In this document: piece by piece, positions 47,754 through 57,777 of the stretch
How the letters are laid out: every line of letters starts with the position of its first letter
Position numbering within the stretch: the stretch's first letter is position 1
Source of the DNA: a virus
Strand: one strand, 5' to 3'
Length of the DNA: 64,000 nucleotides
IMG/VR virus record: IMGVR_UViG_3300008120_000241
Coordinates: 1-64,000 of that record
Notes under the pieces: model-generated
What the model saw: only the letters and a program-made list of their open reading frames with translations
What the model was told of the DNA's origin: nothing
Databases searched by the model: none
Position numbers and translations under genes: made by a program

Positions 47754-48169
47754 ATTTAGTTTATGTAAACGAACTTGGTCCAAATTTCAGAGGAGATAAC
47801 ATTTATGAATTTATTTTTTCTGATTTGGATGATGTTTGGGGAGATGAGTGGGATGCCGAACCGGCTGGTGGTAAACCTTCACCTCCAGAAATAAATTACG
47901 TTAAAAAAGTTGGTGTATTAAAAAACTCCGACATTTCATTGACTTTAATTCAAAATTCAGATTTTTTTGGTTTTTATGATGCCATTGATGACGTAATAGC
48001 TTTGGCTTGGGAAAACACTGATAGTGATGATATTTTGATTCACAAAAAAAAGAGACTAGTTTTCAGATATGGTGAATCCATACAATCAGTTGAAGACAAA
48101 CTATACGAACGAGAAATCGTATTAAAATGGGAAAAAAATTTAGTACAAGATGAAACATATGAATCCTAA
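47750..48169 (+). CDS. conserved hypothetical protein
   Basis: ATGA overlap in the head operon. Confidence 0.75.
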   Translation: MNLVYVNELGPNFRGDNIYEFIFSDLDDVWGDEWDAEPAGGKPSPPEINYVKKVGVLKNSDISLTLIQNSDFFGFYDAIDDVIALAWENTDSDDILIHKKKRLVFRYGESIQSVEDKLYEREIVLKWEKNLVQDETYES

Positions 48170-48734
48170 AATGGTGAAACTTCTACACGAGGGGTTTACC
48201 ATGAGAACGTTAGAAAAACTTAATGAGAATCAGTTGAATGTTCTTTATGAAAAAGTAAAGAAAGAAACTAAGGAACAAGCACCACCACCAAATGTTGTAA
48301 AAAATATAAGTGCTAGAGAAATAACCGTACCTTCGGGTGGTTCTGCAGCAATTGGTACTGCAAAAATTGAAAATAAAGACGGTAAAACCGTAATAACCAC
48401 AACTACTGAAGGTGAAATTGGTGAATCTGAAGTTACAGAAAAATCAGTTTCAAAACAACAACAAAAATTGATGGGTCTAGCACTATCTGTTAAGAAAGGT
48501 GATACACCAAAATCAAAAGTTTCCAAAACAGTTAAGGATTTGGCAAAAGATATGTCAAAAAAAGATTTGGAGGATTTCGCTTCAACAAAACACAAAGGGT
48601 TACCAAAAAAGAAAGAAACCAAGGAAACCATCAAAAAACTTGAGGAGAACATAATGAAATTAATTGAAAATCACCTACCCCCACTTACAACAAAAGGTGA
48701 ATTATTAAAAACAATTAAAGAACACAAAAAATAA
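48150..48734 (+). CDS. hypothetical protein with DUF3008-like segment
   Basis: KSVSKQQQKLMGLAL.VKKG...MSKKDLEDFASTKHKGLPKK. Confidence 0.7.
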   Translation: MKHMNPKMVKLLHEGFTMRTLEKLNENQLNVLYEKVKKETKEQAPPPNVVKNISAREITVPSGGSAAIGTAKIENKDGKTVITTTTEGEIGESEVTEKSVSKQQQKLMGLALSVKKGDTPKSKVSKTVKDLAKDMSKKDLEDFASTKHKGLPKKKETKETIKKLEENIMKLIENHLPPLTTKGELLKTIKEHKK

Positions 48735-48737
48735 TGA

Positions 48738-50466
48738 ATGTCATTAACAAGGGAACAAGCCTTATTGGAATATGCAAAATGTGCAAATGATACCGCATAC
48801 GCACTAAAAACATATTTACAAACATATGACAACACACAATCAAAATACGTTCCTTTAGAGTTATTTAACGACCAGGTTACATTAGTTAAGGATTACGACG
48901 AATGTGAGGAAAATATCGCATTAAAATACCGACAAGCAGGAGTATCAACTGTAACCTCAGCTTGGGCTTCAAAAAGACTTGTATTTGCAAGAAAGGAAAA
49001 ACCAGAAAAAATTCTAATTATTGCCAACAAACTTGACACCGCAGTTGAGATGGCAAATAAAGTTAGGGCTTTTGTTGATCAATGGCCAAAATGGATGGGT
49101 GTTGGTTTCTCATCTGAGAAGAACTCACAAAGACACTTTAAATTAACAAATGGTTGTGAAGTTAAAGCGGTTGCAACCTCAAAAGATGCCCTTCGTGGTT
49201 ATACACCAACAATTCTAATATTTGATGAGGCTGCGTATATTGACGCCGATGAAGATTTCTGGTCAGCGTGTATGGCTTCCCTATCAACGGGAGGTAAAGT
49301 TATTGTAATTTCAACACCAAACGGATTTGACCCAATTTATTATTCAATTTATAATCAAGCTATCAAAGGGATGAATGATTTTAGGATTACCGAGATGTAT
49401 TGGTGGCGAGACCCAAGATATTCCAAGGACTTAAAACTTATTAAGTGTGACGATATTGTTCATTATATGTGATACAAAAGTTAGAGAAAGAGACTTTGAG
49501 GACATTAAAATAAAAATTGAGAATGGGTATAGGGCTTATAGTTCGTGGTTTGAAGCAATGGCCAAAAAACTAAAGTTTGATAGGAGAAAAATATCCCAAG
49601 AGTTGGAATGTAATTTTCTTGGGTCTGGGGATAACGTAATACCCCCAGAAACAATGAAGAAAATTAAAGATAACTTCATTAAGGAACCAGAAAATAGATT
49701 TATGGGTGGTGTTTTGTGGCAGTGGAAAGAACCGGTAGCTGGACATCGTTACATAATGGGTTGTGACGTTAGTCGTGGGGATAGTGAAGATTTCACCACA
49801 TTTACAATTATTGATTTTGACGAAAGAGAACAAGTACTGGAATATATGGGAAAAGTTCCACCAGATGTCGTTGCCGAAATTGCATATAAATGGGCCACGA
49901 TGTATAATGCTTTCATTGTAATTGATATAACCGGAGGTATGGGCGTTGCAACATCAAGGAAACTTCAAGAAATGGGTTATAAAAATCTATATGTTGATGG
50001 TGTTAACCACGCAGATAAATGGAAGTGGGATCCGAAAGCACAAGAAAAAATTCCAGGAATTAATTTTAACTCAAAAAGAGTTCAGATTATTGCCTCATTT
50101 GAGGAAGCACTAAGACATGATTTTGCTGTAAGGTCACAAAGGTTATACAACGAATTAAACACATTTGTTTATGTTAATGGTAGGCCAGATCACCAAAAAG
50201 GACAACACGATGACTTGATTATGGCAATGGCGATGGCCTTATATGTTGGTGAGACATCATTTGCCAAACTTGAAAAGGCGACAGAACATGCAAAAGCTAT
50301 GTTGGAATCTTGGTCTGTTGAATCCAATAATTATTCTGATAGTTATACGAATTTTAATCCCGGTTTACCAGTTTCCTCACCCAATATGGATCAGTTTGGT
50401 AGAACCCAATTAACCAAAAGTGATTACGAGAAGTATTTATGGTTATTCGGGGGTAAAAGAGTTTAA
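48738..50466 (+). CDS. Terminase large subunit (T4 gp17-like), in two frames with a break at ~49447-49472
   Basis: LKYRQAGVST, LIFDEAA, ISTPNG in ORF1; MGCDVSRG and HDDLIMA nuclease motifs in ORF2 (+1 frame). Confidence 0.9.
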
Positions 50467-50507
50467 ATATTATAAAAAACTCTTATTTTTTAAACAAATA
50501 GAAAATT

Positions 50508-53486
50508 ATGGCAGAAAATAAATTAACGGTTTGGCAGAGGTTAGGGAAAGTATTTGGTCCGACATCCACATTGGATCAACAATCACCTGTGTTTAAATTT
50601 GATAAGAAACAACTATTAAAAACAACAGATAAAAATGAGTTTGAAAGGGAGAAACTTGAAGCCCAACAAACCATGTATATTGGTAAACAATGGCAGAAGG
50701 TTGAGAGTAATTTATACCAACAAGCGGTGTACTATGAACCAACCAGAATGGCTTCATATTATGATTATGAGGCCATGGAGTACTCAATCCATGGGGACAC
50801 CAAAATTGCCACTCCTGATGGTTTTATGACCATAAAAGAGCTTTCAGACAAGGGTAGAGATTATGAATTTATAACATACGCTTATGACCATAATTTGAAA
50901 AAAGTAGTACCAGCAATCGCCAGAAATGCTCACTATACCAGAGATGAAATGGCTTATAAAATTACGTTTGATGATGGGTCACATATTATCGCAACTTATG
51001 GTCATAGGTTCTTAAAAAGGGATGGTGTTTTTTGTGAGGTTGAAAACCTTAAACCGGGGGATTCAATGATGCCATTTTATAGAAAATCTTTTTACAATAA
51101 TCAAAATTACCATTGGGTTTATACTTGTAATTCAAACGAGGGTCATCATGGTTGGATATCTGAACACAATTTAATTGCGGAGTGGTATTATAAAAGAAAA
51201 ATTAATGAAGACGAAGAAGTTCATCATAAAGATTTCAATGGTAAAAATAACAAACCGGAAAATTTACAAATAATGAATATTTCCGAACATAGAGCTTATC
51301 ATGCGAGATTAAACAACGAAAAATTATGGGCAAACCCCGAATATAGACAAAAAATGTCTGAAGTTGCTAGAAGAACCGGTAAGTATAGTTGGGAAGGGAA
51401 AAGAGCTAAAGAGAATAATCCGGCATATATAAAATTATCATTTGATTTGATTGTTGAAAAAGCAAGAGAACATAGAACGTTAATGGAAACTGCCACCTCA
51501 CTTGGTGTTTCATTTAGAAAAATACAGAATGAACTTAGATTCAATGGGTTTAAAAATTGGTTTGATTTTTTGGATGTTTATGGAATTGATAAAAGTAATA
51601 GTGATACTTACGGTGAAAAAAACAATAACTTCAAAAAAATCGCTTGGGATTTATTAATTGAAATTGCTAGACAAGAAAATAGTATTACAAATACGGCCAA
51701 AAGATTGAATGTAAGTAGAAATAAAATTTTAAAAACAATAAAAGAAGGGGGATTTAATAATTGGATTACATTTTTGGAATCATATGGTATTGAAAAATCA
51801 AAACACCACCACCCAAAAAATGAAGAACCAGTTATTAATCACAAAATAGTATCAATTGAACCATATGGTGTTGTACCAGTTTATGACTTAACTGTGCCGG
51901 GTTATAAGAACTTCGCTACAGATACCATTTTCTCACACAATACACCTGAGATCTCTGCCGCTCTTGATATTTACTCTGAAGAATCCACCACTCCTGACCA
52001 AGACGGACACATTTTAAAAGTCTACTCTGAATCAAAAAGAATTAAACAAGTATTGGTTGATTTGTTTGTAAATAGACTTGATATAAACACCAATTTACCG
52101 ATGTGGACAAGAAACACTTGTAAATTTGGCGACAATTTCACATATTTAAAGTTAGACCCAGAAAAAGGGGTTGTTGGGTGTCAACAATTACCAAATATCC
52201 AAATTGAAAGATTGGAAAAGGGAATGAGATTTCAACCGGACAAATATTCACAAGAAATGGAAAACGATGCTTTGAAATTTGTTGGGAAAGAAAAAAATAT
52301 GGAGTTCAATACGTGGGAAATTGCCCACTTTAGAATACTTGGAGATGACCGAAAATTACCTTATGGGACATCTATGTTGGAGAAGGCTAGACGTATATGG
52401 AAACAGCTCCTTTTATCGGAAGATGCGATGATGATTTACCGGGTATCAAGAGCACCAGAAAGAAGGGTATTTAAAGTATTTGTCGGAAATATGGACGACA
52501 AAGATGTTGATTCATATGTACAGCGTGTAGCAAACAAATTTAAAAGGGATCAGATTGCTGACCCCAAAACTGGAAATGTGGATATGAGATACAATCAATT
52601 GGCCGTAGATCAAGATTACTTTATCCCGGTTAGAGACCCTTCCCAAACCAATCCAATTGAAACATTGCCGGGTGGTACAAACTTAGCCGAAATTGCTGAT
52701 ATTGAATATATCCAAAAGAAACTGGTAACTGCCCTTAGAATACCAAAGGCGTATTTAGGTTTTGAAGAAGCAGTAGGTAATGGACAAAACTTATCTTTAC
52801 TTGATATTAGATTTGCAAGAACAATCAACAAAATTCAAAAATCAATGTTGGCCGAACTTAATAAGATTGCCATTATTCATTTATTTTTATTAGGGTTTGA
52901 AGATGAACTAACAAACTTTACGTTGGGGTTACACAATCCATCAAAACAATCCGAACTTCTTTCATTGGAATTGTGGAAAGAAAAAATTGAATTATACAAA
53001 AATGCGGTAGCTGAAATCGCAAATTCGGTTGCACCAACCTCAGCTTCTTGGGCTAAAAAGAATATTCTAGGTTTCTCAGATGAGGAGATCAGATTGGATT
53101 TACAACAACAACGAATTGAAAGGGCTGTTGCAGCTGAACTTGCTAAAACACCTGAAGTCATTACAAAAACTGGATTGTTTGATAATATTGATCAATTATA
53201 TGGTAAAAAACCAGGTGAACCGGCAGGTGAAGCACCAGAAGGTGGAGAAGAACCTGGAGGAATGCCACCAATGGGTGGAGGATCTGAACTAGGAGGACCA
53301 CCCCCACCACCGGGACCAGAACCAGGAGGTGAAGTAGGAGTAACACCAGAATCAACCAAGAAAAATGATTTAAATTTAATTCTGGAAGATAACTTATATT
53401 ATGGTAAAACCTCTCTTGATTTATCAAAGGGTAGATTAACCATTAATGAAATTGATGACAAATTAAAAGATTTATTGGATAAGTGA
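50508..53486 (+). CDS. Portal protein (T4 gp20-like) with intein
   Basis: YEAMEY|...|TPEISAALD, YGTSMLE.ARR.WKQL.L.EDAM.IYR..RAPERRVF, EDYF-like QDYFIP, IETLPG. Confidence 0.95.
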   Translation: MAENKLTVWQRLGKVFGPTSTLDQQSPVFKFDKKQLLKTTDKNEFEREKLEAQQTMYIGKQWQKVESNLYQQAVYYEPTRMASYYDYEAMEYSIHGDTKIATPDGFMTIKELSDKGRDYEFITYAYDHNLKKVVPAIARNAHYTRDEMAYKITFDDGSHIIATYGHRFLKRDGVFCEVENLKPGDSMMPFYRKSFYNNQNYHWVYTCNSNEGHHGWISEHNLIAEWYYKRKINEDEEVHHKDFNGKNNKPENLQIMNISEHRAYHARLNNEKLWANPEYRQKMSEVARRTGKYSWEGKRAKENNPAYIKLSFDLIVEKAREHRTLMETATSLGVSFRKIQNELRFNGFKNWFDFLDVYGIDKSNSDTYGEKNNNFKKIAWDLLIEIARQENSITNTAKRLNVSRNKILKTIKEGGFNNWITFLESYGIEKSKHHHPKNEEPVINHKIVSIEPYGVVPVYDLTVPGYKNFATDTIFSHNTPEISAALDIYSEESTTPDQDGHILKVYSESKRIKQVLVDLFVNRLDINTNLPMWTRNTCKFGDNFTYLKLDPEKGVVGCQQLPNIQIERLEKGMRFQPDKYSQEMENDALKFVGKEKNMEFNTWEIAHFRILGDDRKLPYGTSMLEKARRIWKQLLLSEDAMMIYRVSRAPERRVFKVFVGNMDDKDVDSYVQRVANKFKRDQIADPKTGNVDMRYNQLAVDQDYFIPVRDPSQTNPIETLPGGTNLAEIADIEYIQKKLVTALRIPKAYLGFEEAVGNGQNLSLLDIRFARTINKIQKSMLAELNKIAIIHLFLLGFEDELTNFTLGLHNPSKQSELLSLELWKEKIELYKNAVAEIANSVAPTSASWAKKNILGFSDEEIRLDLQQQRIERAVAAELAKTPEVITKTGLFDNIDQLYGKKPGEPAGEAPEGGEEPGGMPPMGGGSELGGPPPPPGPEPGGEVGVTPESTKKNDLNLILEDNLYYGKTSLDLSKGRLTINEIDDKLKDLLDK
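50784..51941 (+). mobile_element. 386-aa intein (Ser1...His-Asn/Thr+1) carrying an HNH homing endonuclease
   Basis: SIHGDTKI (block A), ATYGH (B), VHHKDFNGKNNKPENL (HNH), VYDLTV (F), FSHN|T (G). Confidence 0.92.
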
Positions 53487-53509
53487 TATATTTATTATAA
53501 AAACAAATT

Positions 53510-54238
53510 ATGAATACATTTGGTAAAATAAAAACAATGTTGGAGGAAGCGTCAGTTGTTTCTTATAAAAAGAATGAATTTTCTAAATATATGACCGTTT
53601 TTAAAAATATGGTTTTGGAAAATAAAGATATCTGTGAACTATATTATATCTATGACGATCTCTCAACAAATAAAGGTCTGGATAGGGATATCGCTGATGA
53701 TTACATCAATGAAAATGTTGAATATTCAAAAGTGTTGGTTTCTGAAAATGAAAAAACATTAAATAAACTATCAAACTGGTTGGAGAATATCGTTGAGTCA
53801 ACTTCAAACAACTACAAAAATATTGATACATTAATTTATAATGATTCAATCAAAAACTTGGAGAAAGTTTTGGAATCCAAAAAACAAATTAAAAATGTTT
53901 TAATTAAAGAGTCTGTTAAACTTGAAAATAAAGAGACAGTAAATATGCCGTTACAAACAATGGTAAAAATGTATGAGTCCACTTTAAAAAGTAATATTAA
54001 CTTAAATGAAAATGAGATTAAAGAAATTTCAGAATTAAAAAGTTTAAGTAAAAATGAAATTGAAAATGAAATCTCAGAATTAAAAGAATCTATTATTTCA
54101 AAATTAAAGGTCACATTAAACGAATCAAAGGATGGTGAATTGAATTCAACGATCAATGACACCATTTCCAAAATTTCAGATACAGAAGTTGACCACTACA
54201 ATCTTTATAAATTAAGAAAATTAAATTCCGACTTATGA
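53510..54238 (+). CDS. head-module hypothetical protein
   Basis: TATTTAT upstream; follows the portal gene. Confidence 0.8.
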   Translation: MNTFGKIKTMLEEASVVSYKKNEFSKYMTVFKNMVLENKDICELYYIYDDLSTNKGLDRDIADDYINENVEYSKVLVSENEKTLNKLSNWLENIVESTSNNYKNIDTLIYNDSIKNLEKVLESKKQIKNVLIKESVKLENKETVNMPLQTMVKMYESTLKSNINLNENEIKEISELKSLSKNEIENEISELKESIISKLKVTLNESKDGELNSTINDTISKISDTEVDHYNLYKLRKLNSDL

Positions 54239-54495
54239 GTAAATTTATAAAATCATTGTTGGGTTCCGGAACACAAACGTTATCATCAAAAAGATTTGTT
54301 GGGATTTTGTGTGTACTATCACTAATCACGGCTTTATTCATTTCCTTATTCTCAAAAGGTAAATTTTGTCCCAATGATGGTATTGTTGACGTTATCGGTT
54401 TACTTGCGTTTGGTACACTTGGTTTAACTTCAACTGAATCTATTTTTGGAAAAAAATATGACAACAAAAAAAGTAACGATCAAGAAGAAATTTGA
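54235..54495 (+). CDS. small 2-TM holin-like protein
   Basis: SSKRF + two hydrophobic helices, charged tail. Confidence 0.55.
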   Translation: MSKFIKSLLGSGTQTLSSKRFVGILCVLSLITALFISLFSKGKFCPNDGIVDVIGLLAFGTLGLTSTESIFGKKYDNKKSNDQEEI

Positions 54496-54668
54496 TTTTT
54501 TTGTTTGTACTGTGCTTTCTTTTTTTCTTCTCTTTTAATTACAGACGGTTTTACAAATTCCTTTCTTTCTTGAAGTTGTTGAATTTGTTTTGTTTTGGAA
54601 ACCTTAAACTTATATTGTTTAAGTGCTTGCTCCAATGATTTTTCATTTTTAACGGGAATAATTATCAT
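54480..54668 (-). CDS. rpsU: Phage-encoded ribosomal protein bS21 (Bacteroidota type)
   Basis: MIIIPVK....LE.ALK.YK.K..KT.....L.ERKEF.KPSV.KR.....A.Y; TATTTAT upstream on the minus strand. Confidence 0.92.
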   Translation of the reverse strand: MIIIPVKNEKSLEQALKQYKFKVSKTKQIQQLQERKEFVKPSVIKREEKKKAQYKQKNQISS

Positions 54669-54763
54669 AAATTTTTGTTTTACAACATAAATATAATGAT
54701 TTTTGACAAATGTAAAAAGTTTTGTTATATTTTTTCAAACAATAAACTTGAAAGATATGGAAA

Positions 54764-55225
54764 ATGAAAAAAGGAAAAACATCAAAACTAAAAATTTTTG
54801 ATGACGCAAAATGTCATTATGGGACAGTGGACTCAAAAGAACTAAAATCAATTTATGTGGTATTACAAACTTGGATTGAACCCTTGGATGACGAAGAAAA
54901 TTGGAACAGAATAACTGGAGTTATAAAAAGACAAATTCAACACACGTTATTGGAAGTTGTTGACCCATTAACGTTTGAAAAAAAACAAATAGTTGATCTT
55001 GATTTAAGAACAAGTGGAATTCAAAAAAATAAAAGAAGTTTTTTAAATCTGGAAATTACTTTATTTGTTCACGACAAAACCTTGGATTTTAAATCATTAA
55101 TTTTAAGGTCAAAAATCAAAAATATAATATCATCAATCTATTTGGATGATTTAAAAAAATCAAAGTATTTCACATTAAGTCTCACAAAAACTAAAGAAAC
55201 TGAAGTTAGTGAATATTTATCATAA
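54764..55225 (+). CDS. conserved hypothetical protein
   Basis: 153-aa ORF between rpsU and the protease. Confidence 0.8.
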   Translation: MKKGKTSKLKIFDDAKCHYGTVDSKELKSIYVVLQTWIEPLDDEENWNRITGVIKRQIQHTLLEVVDPLTFEKKQIVDLDLRTSGIQKNKRSFLNLEITLFVHDKTLDFKSLILRSKIKNIISSIYLDDLKKSKYFTLSLTKTKETEVSEYLS

Positions 55226-55234
55226 AAATATATT

Positions 55235-55939
55235 ATGAAAATATTAGGACCAAACGATACGGGTAAGGGGATTCTTGTGGAATGGGATGCTGGAACTATC
55301 AATCCAAATGATACCAGAAATAATCTAGTGATAAAAGAATCTTACGGACAACTTGACCATTCAAAACCTTTTGTGTTTTATGCCACACTTCAAAAATATG
55401 GTGTACCAAATAGAAACGGAAGAATTTACCCTGAGAAAATATTAAAAAGGGAAGCTGAGAAATACAAAGATATGATTAATCGTGGAATGTCAATTTCAGA
55501 ACTTAATCACCCAGAATCATCACTAATTGATCTAGATAGGGTGGCTCATCTTATAACTGATGTATGGTGGGAAGATAATGTATTGATGGGAAAAATTAAA
55601 TTATTAACAACACCCGGATTTCACGAGAGAGGAATTGTATCATCAAAAGGTGATGTTGCCGCTAATATGATGAGACAAGGTGTAACAATGGGGGTATCAT
55701 CAAGAGGTGTTGGTTCTTTGGTTAAAAAAGGGGAACAAAATGAAGTACAAGAAGATTTTGAATTAATTTGTTTTGATTTGGTTTCTTCACCATCCACACC
55801 TGGCGCTTACCTTTATTTAAATCAAGAGGATAGACCAAAATACGAAGAAAAATTATCAGAACAACAAAATATTGATTCAAATTCATTTTCCAAATCAGTT
55901 GACTTAATGAAAAGATTATCCGATTATTTAGGAAAGTAA
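55235..55939 (+). CDS. Prohead core protease (T4 gp21-like)
   Basis: NRNGRIYP, ELNHP, GVSSRGVGS, FDLVSSPS. Confidence 0.95.
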   Translation: MKILGPNDTGKGILVEWDAGTINPNDTRNNLVIKESYGQLDHSKPFVFYATLQKYGVPNRNGRIYPEKILKREAEKYKDMINRGMSISELNHPESSLIDLDRVAHLITDVWWEDNVLMGKIKLLTTPGFHERGIVSSKGDVAANMMRQGVTMGVSSRGVGSLVKKGEQNEVQEDFELICFDLVSSPSTPGAYLYLNQEDRPKYEEKLSEQQNIDSNSFSKSVDLMKRLSDYLGK

Positions 55940-55950
55940 AAATTTAAATT

Positions 55951-56160
55951 ATGGATGAAAAGTATTTTGTAGCAAGAGTAACCACTGATATGGTGGATGA
56001 GAACTCAGGGAAAGTAAAAAAAATGAAAGAAGAAAAGTTGGTTAGAGGTTTCTCACCAACAGATGTTGAAGCGAAGGTGACTAAACTTTATGAATCTTAT
56101 ACAATGGATTGGAGAATTACGGCCATTGTTGAGAGTAAAATTGACGAAGTTATTGAATAA
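55951..56160 (+). CDS. DUF4494-like protein (Bacteroidota family)
   Basis: YF...V.....ENSGK.KK.KE..LV...S.T..EA......I..I.ESKI.EV. Confidence 0.65.
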   Translation: MDEKYFVARVTTDMVDENSGKVKKMKEEKLVRGFSPTDVEAKVTKLYESYTMDWRITAIVESKIDEVIE

Positions 56161-56258
56161 TTTCAACTAAAAATTAAATTGTTTTAAAGGAGGTATTGCA
56201 AAATATCTCCTTTTTTTGTGTCTTTTTTTTACTATATATTTATAATGTAAAATATATT

Positions 56259-56708
56259 ATGAATAAAAGTTTCAGTAAAATTAGACATATCCAAGAATCA
56301 AATCAAAGACTGGAAAAAAGGTTACTTAAAGAAGATGATGAATTGAAAGATGAAAAACTACAACATATCATTGATGTTGATACCGAACTAGACAATGACC
56401 CCGCTTATAAGGAGTATGAAAAAATATATTCCATAAATAAAATAAAAAAAATGGTTTCAGATCAAATGGGGATTAATATATCGGATATGAGTGATGAAGA
56501 ATCACAAGGATTAATTGATATGTTCACATCTTTTATGGATATAAGTAAAGAAGGTAAGGAGAAAATGACTCGTGAAAAACTTCTTGAGCGTAAGGATAGT
56601 GTGATTAATCTTGTTATTGAAATTATTGAAATTGCGGTTGAAAATGATGATTTTGAAATGGTTACAAAATTACGAAACTATATTGAACTTTTAGAAGATT
56701 ATAATTAA
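56259..56708 (+). CDS. Leader-E (MNKSFSKIRHIQESNQRLEKRLLKED) cargo protein with UVR-like tail
   Basis: TATTTAT upstream; AVENDDFEMVTKLRN. Confidence 0.75.
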   Translation: MNKSFSKIRHIQESNQRLEKRLLKEDDELKDEKLQHIIDVDTELDNDPAYKEYEKIYSINKIKKMVSDQMGINISDMSDEESQGLIDMFTSFMDISKEGKEKMTREKLLERKDSVINLVIEIIEIAVENDDFEMVTKLRNYIELLEDYN

Positions 56709-56724
56709 AAAAAACATAAAAATT

Positions 56725-57765
56725 ATGAAAAAAATAGTAAGATTAACAGAATCGGATTTAACAAGAATAATTAAACGCGTTATTTCCGAACAAACTCAAG
56801 GTGAAAGTGGATTTATCCAAACAATAGTTGATAAATATAACATTTCAGATGAGTTGAGAAATGAAATTATAAATACTATTAAAAATTCTGAGTGTAAAAA
56901 TATTACGTTTGAAAAACTTAAAATGGGTGATGGATTGGCCTTAGGTGATAAGTTAATTTTAACCCCAAGGACATTAGAGAACACTTTGGGTAGATTCTTA
57001 TTTATTTTATTTCACGAATTGGCACACCAATACCAATTTAAAAAATATGGAATGGAAAAAATGCTTGAATTATATAGTGATGAAATGGATTTAAAAGAAG
57101 CCGCACAATTTATGAAACAAGTTGAAAGTGTGGCGGATGAATTTGCTGTAAGAAAATTAAAAAACCTAGAAAGAAAAGGATTAATTACACCATCAAGATC
57201 CGATATGTTTAAAGGTTATGACGGTATTTCGTTAGAAAGATTGGAAATAATGATTGATATGTTTAGAAATCAATTAAGGAAAAGTAACATTACTGGCGCT
57301 AAAAATATTAGTGAGTTTTTATACAATATGGTTAAAATTGAACAAACAAACCCACAAGTAAATTCTGAAAAACAAAAACCTTCTGAAATCACACCAACTG
57401 AAATAAAAAAAGAAATGAATAAAGAAAATAGTACAATCAGTGCCGATGAAGTATATTATGAAATTCCAAAAGGTATAAAAAAAGTTGTTGGTAATTTAGA
57501 TGCTTCGTCAATGGAAGATTTTAATGATGTTGAAGTTATAGATGGTAATTTAACTGTTAATAGTGATAAAATCAAATCACTACAAAATATTAAAACTATA
57601 AATGGTAAACTTTGGGTTTATGGTAACAATTTTGAAGACTTTGGTAATTTAAAAACGGTAAAAGGGGATGTAACATTGACTAAAAATACACCATTATTGG
57701 ATATGTATACTGAAGATGAAATTAAAGGAATGATTAATATTGGAGGAAACTTACAAATAAAATAA
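56725..57765 (+). CDS. Leader-B cargo: HExxH zinc metallopeptidase (ImmA/IrrE-like) plus short beta-solenoid repeats
   Basis: LFHELAHQYQ...ESVADEFA; KKVVGNL/EVIDGNL/KTINGKL/KTVKGDV repeats. Confidence 0.7.
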   Translation: MKKIVRLTESDLTRIIKRVISEQTQGESGFIQTIVDKYNISDELRNEIINTIKNSECKNITFEKLKMGDGLALGDKLILTPRTLENTLGRFLFILFHELAHQYQFKKYGMEKMLELYSDEMDLKEAAQFMKQVESVADEFAVRKLKNLERKGLITPSRSDMFKGYDGISLERLEIMIDMFRNQLRKSNITGAKNISEFLYNMVKIEQTNPQVNSEKQKPSEITPTEIKKEMNKENSTISADEVYYEIPKGIKKVVGNLDASSMEDFNDVEVIDGNLTVNSDKIKSLQNIKTINGKLWVYGNNFEDFGNLKTVKGDVTLTKNTPLLDMYTEDEIKGMINIGGNLQIK

Positions 57766-57777
57766 TTAAATAATATT

